DNA from: Candidatus Magasanikiibacteriota bacterium
GTDB taxonomy: Bacteria > Patescibacteriota > Patescibacteriia > Magasanikbacterales > GWA2-37-8
NCBI GenBank assembly: GCA_016182085.1
Contig: JACOYB010000005.1
Coordinates: 66,061 to 130,060, forward strand
DNA: 64,000 nucleotides
Direction of reading: 5' to 3'
Positions 58,869-64,000 of the stretch are shown piece after piece (the stretch's first letter is position 1; each line of letters begins with the position of its first letter). The notes under the pieces are model-generated. The model was given only the letters and a program-made list of their open reading frames with translations. It did no database searches and was not told where the DNA came from. A program made the position numbers and the translations under genes.

Positions 58869-59294
58869 TTACTTTAACAATGCCTTCAGCTGCTCTTGTC
58901 TGGCTGGATCCAGGTTAAATAATTTTATAACGGTATCAAAAGACGGCGTACTGGTGCTGTTTGCATTTCCCAAGAGGTCGCTATATCCTGACCAAAAATC
59001 GGCCAAAAGCGGCGGCAAAAAAAGAATCGCGGCAATGAGAGGCAGGAGTATCAGCAGAATCTTTACCCAACCACCGATCGCTATCCATAATAATTTATTA
59101 TTTATTTTACGGTTTTGTTCGTAGATAATCTGCGACCATTTTAAATTCTTTTCAATCAGTTCTTTTAGGGATGCTTCTGGTTGCACTGGCGATATGGTTT
59201 TATTTTTATCCAAAACCACAGCTGAATCTGCGGCTTGGTCTTCTTTTGGATTAGCCGGTTCTTCGGCACTGGGAGTTTGTTTATGCCTAAACAT
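58869..59294 (-). CDS. Hypothetical membrane protein
   Basis: 141 aa: charged N-terminus plus one TM segment (LLWIAIGGWVKILLILLPLIAAILFL). Confidence 0.4.
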   Translation of the reverse strand: MFRHKQTPSAEEPANPKEDQAADSAVVLDKNKTISPVQPEASLKELIEKNLKWSQIIYEQNRKINNKLLWIAIGGWVKILLILLPLIAAILFLPPLLADFWSGYSDLLGNANSTSTPSFDTVIKLFNLDPARQEQLKALLK

Positions 59295-59314
59295 AATACA
59301 AAGGCTTAATAAAA

Positions 59315-59779
59315 TTAAACTGGTTTCTTTTTAGAAGATAATTTTTTTAATTCTTTTTCAAAAGTTCGCACGTCTCTAAAGTCGCGATAGACGCTGGCAA
59401 ATCGGATATAGGCTACCTTGTCAAAGCCGCGCAGGTGTTTTATGACTACCTCTCCTAATTCTTTGCTGGAAATTTCTTTTGATTTCTTTTTTTGAATATC
59501 AAGTTCAATGGCATGTATCAAGCGATGAAAATTATCGCGGGTATAGGGGCGCTTGGTAAGCGACATTTTGATGCCATTTTCTATCTTATCACGCATATAT
59601 ATTTCTCTATGCCCATCGCCTTTTACAACAATTATATCTAAAAGCTCCATTTCTTCCACAGTAGAGAATCTATATTGACATTTGTCACATTCTCGGCGGC
59701 GGCGGATGGATAAATCGTCTTCAGCCGGACGGGTGTCCACGACACTGGTTTCGGTATTGTTACAAATTGGACAACGCAT
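59315..59779 (-). CDS. nrdR: Transcriptional repressor NrdR
   Basis: MRCPICNNTETSVVDTR...CDKCQYRF Zn-ribbon plus ATP-cone. Start at the Met of MRCP. Confidence 0.9.
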   Translation of the reverse strand: MRCPICNNTETSVVDTRPAEDDLSIRRRRECDKCQYRFSTVEEMELLDIIVVKGDGHREIYMRDKIENGIKMSLTKRPYTRDNFHRLIHAIELDIQKKKSKEISSKELGEVVIKHLRGFDKVAYIRFASVYRDFRDVRTFEKELKKLSSKKKPV

Positions 59780-59866
59780 AAATTTGATTTCTTGCAATTA
59801 TTATACCCTTAGCTTGTTTAAAAAACAACACCCTGATTAGGCGTTGCTTTTTATTTATTAATATAT

Positions 59867-61081
59867 TTATATACCCATTTTCTTCCTGATAAAGGCCGGT
59901 ATTTCCAAATCATCATCAGGATTTTTTTCCTTAGCTGGAGGGGTGATAGGATTTCGAGATAACGGGGTCGGAGTTACGGTAGGATTATGAATAATTTGTT
60001 TAAATTTCTTCTCTTCCTCTTCTTCATCCTTTTGTACTCGCCTCATGAAGTTGCTTGGCGCGTATTTGCTGCTGGAAAAAAATGACTGGGCAGGCTGCTC
60101 TTCTTCAACTGCAGAAAAATTAGCACGACGATCTTCAAAGCCAGTGGCAATCACCGCGATACGCATGCTGCCATTTAAGGATTCGTCAATCGTGGCGCCA
60201 AAAATAACTTTGGCATCCTCGGAAGCAGAGCTGGTAACAATCTTGGCCGCTTCGCTAACTTCACTCATGGTCATATCCGGGCCGCCAGTAATGGTAAATA
60301 AGATACCTCGGGCACCATCTATGGAAAGCTCCAGAAGCGGACTGGAAATAGCCATTTTCGCGGCGTCTATGGCCCTATTTTCACCCGTGCCACTGCCAAT
60401 ACCCATAAGGGCGGAGCCGGCATTATGCATAATAGTCTTTACGTCGGCAAAGTCTACGTTGATAAGACCGGGAATTGTAATAAGTTCGGCAATACCCTGA
60501 ACACCTTGACGTAAAATATCATCTACAATTTTAAATGATTCTAGAAGCGTGGTTTTTTTATCTATAATTTGTAAAATCCTGTCGTTGGGAATAGTAATAA
60601 TAGCATCTACATTTCGAGCCAATTGTTCCCAAGCTTTTTCAGCAATATCTCGGCGCTGCGGGCCTTCAAACGCAAACGGTTTGGTAACTACCGCTACGGT
60701 AAGTGATCCGGCTTCTTTAGCCACACCGGCAACTATCGGCGCGGCGCCCGAACCGGTTCCTCCGCCCAGTCCACAGGTAATAAAAACCATGTCTGCGTCT
60801 TTAACGATATCTCTAATTTCATTTTGACTTTCTTCGGCAGCTTTTTTACCAATTTCCGGATCCATGCCGGCGCCGAGTCCGCGGGTTACACTTTTACCAA
60901 TGTGGAGTTTGTGGGGAGCGGAATTATGGTGCAAAGCTTGCACATCGGTATTTAAAGCAATAAAATCCACGCCGCGAATATTGCTTCGCACCATGCGATT
61001 GATTGCCGAACCGCCTGATCCGCCAACGCCAATCACTTTTATTTTAGCAAATGTTTCTATATCAGGTTTTACTTGAGGCAT
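59867..61081 (-). CDS. ftsZ: Cell division GTPase FtsZ
   Basis: GVGGSGGSAINRM and the GGGTGSGAAPIVA tubulin signature. Confidence 0.97.
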   Translation of the reverse strand: MPQVKPDIETFAKIKVIGVGGSGGSAINRMVRSNIRGVDFIALNTDVQALHHNSAPHKLHIGKSVTRGLGAGMDPEIGKKAAEESQNEIRDIVKDADMVFITCGLGGGTGSGAAPIVAGVAKEAGSLTVAVVTKPFAFEGPQRRDIAEKAWEQLARNVDAIITIPNDRILQIIDKKTTLLESFKIVDDILRQGVQGIAELITIPGLINVDFADVKTIMHNAGSALMGIGSGTGENRAIDAAKMAISSPLLELSIDGARGILFTITGGPDMTMSEVSEAAKIVTSSASEDAKVIFGATIDESLNGSMRIAVIATGFEDRRANFSAVEEEQPAQSFFSSSKYAPSNFMRRVQKDEEEEEKKFKQIIHNPTVTPTPLSRNPITPPAKEKNPDDDLEIPAFIRKKMGI

Positions 61082-61253
61082 ACAATTATAGTTAAAGCTA
61101 AACTCTGAGTTATCTGCTTACAGTACTGTTGAACAAATTTTGTATTCAACATGCGCTTAAATAAAATAACGGGGCTTTCCCCGCTATATAGTGTATAATT
61201 AAAAATTTTTACTGTCAAGAAAACTATTTCACTTAATGTGGACAACGAAATAC

Positions 61254-62519
61254 CTATGGTATGAGTGTTTTAAATAATTTTTTTACATGATCAAGTGCTT
61301 TACCCGTACCTCTAAAAACATCACCCACTCCCGACTTACCATACCCGCTGCCTGCCTGCATACTACTTCCCCATTTTACCAACCCCACAGCCGTGGCAAA
61401 ACCCAAATCATTCACTTTATCGGTAACGCTTATCACGTTAATCGGATATCCTAAATTAGTCGGCAAACGCAAAACTTTCTTAGATATTTCTACGAGCCCC
61501 GGAAGTTTGGCGCCAGCGCCGGTAAACATAACCCCGGCCGGAAGCAGGCCTGAACGTTGAATTTTTCTAAGTTCATTATCAATTTTTTGTAAAATCTCTT
61601 CCACGCGCGCGGAAATTATTTCGGTTAAATATTTCTTTTTAACAATATCGTGTTCCGGGGACCCCAATTCAAATAGATCTATCTCATCTTTTTTGGAAGT
61701 AAGATCAACCCGACAATCCCCATTTTCCAATTTTACACGCTCCGCAACATCTACCGACGTTCGCAGCCCTACGGCAATATCATTGGTAATGAGCTGGGAA
61801 CCGATTGGAATAATAGCTGTATGAATTAACTGCCCCTCTTCAAAAACGGCCAGACTGGTAGTTGACCCGCCAAGATTAACCACCATCACGCCTAATTCTT
61901 TCTGACGTTTAGTTACAACTGTTTCAGACGTGGCAATAATAGATAACACCAAGTCTTCAATATCAAGACCGGCGCGGTATACGGCTTTAGTTAAATTCTT
62001 TATTTGTGAAGATGAACCTAAAATTATTTGAGTGTCGACTTCCAAGCGTACGCCCGTCATTGAAGTTGGGTCTTTAATGCCCGACTGGCCATCAACCGTA
62101 TAATGCTTCGGCAGGACGTGCAGCACTTCATAATTAAGCGGTGTTGCGATTGATCTGGCGGCTTCTACAGCTCTTTGTATATCTTCTTCAGCTATTTCGT
62201 TATTGGCTTTGGAAACCGCAATCACACCTTTGCTGTTTTGGGACAAGATGTGCAGCCCGGATATCCCCACCCAGGTACTATCTACAGGAACCCCCACCAT
62301 TCTTTCCACTCTTTCCAAACATGCAGAAACGGAAGACACGACGTCTTCAATGCTATTTATTACCCCTTTTTGCACGCCATCTGAAGGAAATTCAGCTGCG
62401 CCTAAAATTTGCAATTCCTGGGCGCCAGCTTCTTTATCTATAAGCTGACCTACAACCATGCGCACAAAATTAGAGCCAATATCCAGTCCGCTAATTAAAT
62501 TGCCTTGATTTTTTCTCAT
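61254..62519 (-). CDS. ftsA: Cell division protein FtsA
   Basis: Actin/ASKHA fold: ISGLDIGSNFVRMVVGQ N-terminus and MFTGAGAKLPGL. Start set at the Met of MRKNQ, because the longer ORF N-terminus is a translation of the upstream repeat. Confidence 0.9.
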   Translation of the reverse strand: MRKNQGNLISGLDIGSNFVRMVVGQLIDKEAGAQELQILGAAEFPSDGVQKGVINSIEDVVSSVSACLERVERMVGVPVDSTWVGISGLHILSQNSKGVIAVSKANNEIAEEDIQRAVEAARSIATPLNYEVLHVLPKHYTVDGQSGIKDPTSMTGVRLEVDTQIILGSSSQIKNLTKAVYRAGLDIEDLVLSIIATSETVVTKRQKELGVMVVNLGGSTTSLAVFEEGQLIHTAIIPIGSQLITNDIAVGLRTSVDVAERVKLENGDCRVDLTSKKDEIDLFELGSPEHDIVKKKYLTEIISARVEEILQKIDNELRKIQRSGLLPAGVMFTGAGAKLPGLVEISKKVLRLPTNLGYPINVISVTDKVNDLGFATAVGLVKWGSSMQAGSGYGKSGVGDVFRGTGKALDHVKKLFKTLIP

Positions 62520-62740
62520 AAACGAAATGAGTGAGTGAAGTGACAAGCTTGCTTGATCACTTCCGAACGAATAAGTTTATATCGCGGATATAATCGAAAT
62601 GAGTGAGTGAAATGTCTGGCTTGCCAAGACATTTCCGAACGAATAAGTTTATATCTGCTATATAAACGAAATGAGTGAGTGAAGTGACAAGCTTGCTTGA
62701 TCACTTCCGAACGAATGAGTTTATACCACAGATATAAGTT
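62520..62740. repeat. 3 tandem ~72-nt structured repeats abutting the ftsA start codon
   Basis: Unit: AAACGAAATGAGTGAGTGAA-[hairpin]-TTCCGAACGAATAAGTTTATAT. Hairpin GTGACAAGCTTGCTTGATCAC in units 1 and 3 versus ATGTCTGGCTTGCCAAGACAT in unit 2. Stems differ but the structure is conserved. Confidence 0.8.
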
Positions 62741-62759
62741 TTATAGCTGGTCTATTATA

Positions 62760-63128
62760 TCACCATTTAAACAGGTCTTTCAAATAGGGGTACAGGATCA
62801 TAACTCCCACAACCAGAGCTACCAGGGAAGTTAGAAGCACCGCTCCAGCCATTACATCCTTGATTACATATACATAATGATGTAATCGGGGTTTGAGCAA
62901 ATCACTGAAATACTCAAAAACCGTATTTAAAATTTCTACGAGAAGCACCAGAAACACTAAAAGAATTACAAGTATCATTTCCCAGGTTTGCAGCGGTAAA
63001 AAAATTGCAGCTACTAAAACCAGCGCTCCTGCCACAACTTGAATTCTAAAATTTTGTTCTGATTTAAAAACATGCCCCAGTCCCCGGCCCGCGGCGGCAA
63101 AACTTTTTACTAATCTGGATAAAACCAT
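62760..63128 (-). CDS. dgkA: Diacylglycerol/undecaprenol kinase (DgkA family)
   Basis: 122 aa, three TM helices. Prokaryotic DAGK motif region EILNTVFEYFSD. Confidence 0.75.
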   Translation of the reverse strand: MVLSRLVKSFAAAGRGLGHVFKSEQNFRIQVVAGALVLVAAIFLPLQTWEMILVILLVFLVLLVEILNTVFEYFSDLLKPRLHHYVYVIKDVMAGAVLLTSLVALVVGVMILYPYLKDLFKW

Positions 63129-63132
63129 ACAG

Positions 63133-63561
63133 CTAGTTATTTAAAAAATCATCCACAATATTTTCTTGAATACCAAACATTACTTTTGCTTCCTTTTTTT
63201 CTATGTGGTCGTGGCCGATAATATGCAGAAAACCATGAGCGAGCATCCGCACAAACTCCTCTTCCGAATCTATACGAAGCTCTTTTGCCTGCTTTGCTAT
63301 TTGCGGATAAGAAATATAAATCTGCCCTAAATAACTTGATTTAATTATCTTATCTTCCTGCCAAGCAAAAGATAGAACATCGGTCGTTTTATTTAATCCT
63401 CTATAGTGAAAATTCAAACTTTTCATTTCCTTATCTCCTACGATGTTTACTTCCACTTCACCGTTTATTTTTGTATGCTTATAAATAAGTTTGAACACTT
63501 TTTTTATACCCTCCAAACTCCACGGATTTTTCACTCGTTTATTTAATTCAAAAGATAGCAT
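63133..63561 (-). CDS. ybeY: rRNA maturation endoribonuclease YbeY
   Basis: HGFLHIIGHDH is the H-x3-H-x5-H zinc motif. Confidence 0.85.
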   Translation of the reverse strand: MLSFELNKRVKNPWSLEGIKKVFKLIYKHTKINGEVEVNIVGDKEMKSLNFHYRGLNKTTDVLSFAWQEDKIIKSSYLGQIYISYPQIAKQAKELRIDSEEEFVRMLAHGFLHIIGHDHIEKKEAKVMFGIQENIVDDFLNN

Positions 63562-63581
63562 GCTGGTATGGTTAATGATTA

Positions 63582-64000
63582 CTAACTGGAACTATCCATT
63601 GACGGAGGCATTTCATCGGGGAAATTATCCGAGGCCGAAGGCGCGGGAATAACTTCCGGAGGAATATGTCCAACACTCCTAAAGCTTCGGGCCATCATGA
63701 CAAGTACGGAACGGAAATTAACCGCATTAGAATCAGTGGTGTGGTAGACTAAAACATACACATGATTATTATCCGTGAAATAATAGACCAGATTATCCGC
63801 TCGGCTTTTGCCGGGTTCAACAAATTTAGTCTGAAAATCTTTTAGGTTCTGAAAATTTTCGTTTGGCGCCCACCTTGTAAACCAATCGCCAAAAGTCTGG
63901 TCTGGCAGCAGATCGAAGGTCCTTACCTCTATATTTTCACCGGTTAAGGTGCTAAATAGCACATCGCGCGAACTATCATCTACCGCACCGACTGCCCAAT
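63582..64000 (-). CDS. Hypothetical protein, N-terminus truncated by the window edge
   Basis: The open frame continues without a stop to position 64000. No recognised motif. PhoH would be expected at this position but the sequence does not look PhoH-like. Confidence 0.4.
   Translation of the reverse strand, partial: WAVGAVDDSSRDVLFSTLTGENIEVRTFDLLPDQTFGDWFTRWAPNENFQNLKDFQTKFVEPGKSRADNLVYYFTDNNHVYVLVYHTTDSNAVNFRSVLVMMARSFRSVGHIPPEVIPAPSASDNFPDEMPPSMDSSS

Noticed and set aside
62516-62704. 62-aa minus-strand ORF MIKQACHFTHSFRLYSRYKLIRSE...
   Set aside because: The amino-acid sequence is itself periodic because it is simply a translation of the tandem DNA repeat. It is not a protein-coding gene.
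62520-62740. Possible CRISPR array, i.e. direct repeats with intervening unique sequences
   Set aside because: There are only three units. The would-be spacers are 21-nt perfect palindromes, and two of the three are identical. No cas1/cas2 genes are present. A structured tandem repeat is the better description.
63582-63962. Expectation that the gene upstream of ybeY is phoH
   Set aside because: The translated C-terminal region has no Walker motifs or PhoH-like sequence. It is annotated only as a truncated hypothetical protein.

Overview
Low-GC (~38-40%) bacterial window with short genes, short intergenic spacers and largely housekeeping content. The gene content and style fit a small-genome Patescibacteria/CPR-like organism, but this is inference only. 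Main blocks: (1) 0.1-34 kb is one large cell-surface glycan biosynthesis and decoration locus. It contains about 10 GT2/GT4 glycosyltransferases, a Wzx-like flippase, an O-antigen-ligase/TPR fusion, three NAD-dependent sugar-nucleotide epimerase/reductase genes, an AsnB-type amidotransferase, a NodU/CmcH-type carbamoyltransferase and four SAM methyltransferases. Embedded in it is a carrier-protein module: SDR, MaoC dehydratase, ACP, FkbH-like HAD-IIIC/GNAT loader and a dedicated AcpS, directly adjacent to an MBOAT (DltB/AlgI-like) with two SGNH/DltD-like partners. A second MBOAT plus DltD-like pair lies at 23.4-26 kb. I read this as a possibly undescribed Dlt-like trans-membrane acylation system in which the carrier protein is loaded by FkbH chemistry rather than D-alanine. 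(2) 35.8-41.1 kb is an island-like segment next to a tRNA cluster. It carries a lipoprotein, a secreted Cys-rich tandem-repeat protein, an ImmA/XRE regulatory pair, DUF3892, DUF378, a stand-alone Cas4-like Fe-S nuclease and a small acidic protein. tRNA-Thr(CGT) and tRNA-Gly(CCC) sit at its edge with degenerate tRNA-like fragments. (3) 42-64 kb is housekeeping: PrsA-like PPIase, FtsB, Mur ligase, translin-like protein, a GH-A glycosidase, an EamA transporter, two GT4 genes, Elp3-like radical-SAM/GNAT, NUDIX, glyA, pyk, nrdR, ftsZ, ftsA, dgkA and ybeY. It also contains a ~550-bp GC-rich insert with an orphan ORF. Non-coding signals: a dispersed family of palindromic MITE-like elements (TGTCATyCC...GGrATGACA) at about 40.6, 46.1 and 54.1 kb. 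A 3x tandem ~72-nt structured repeat abuts the ftsA start codon; its stems differ between copies while the flanks stay conserved, and a related single copy lies upstream of the Cas4-like gene. No CRISPR array, rRNA or integrase/transposase gene was seen.
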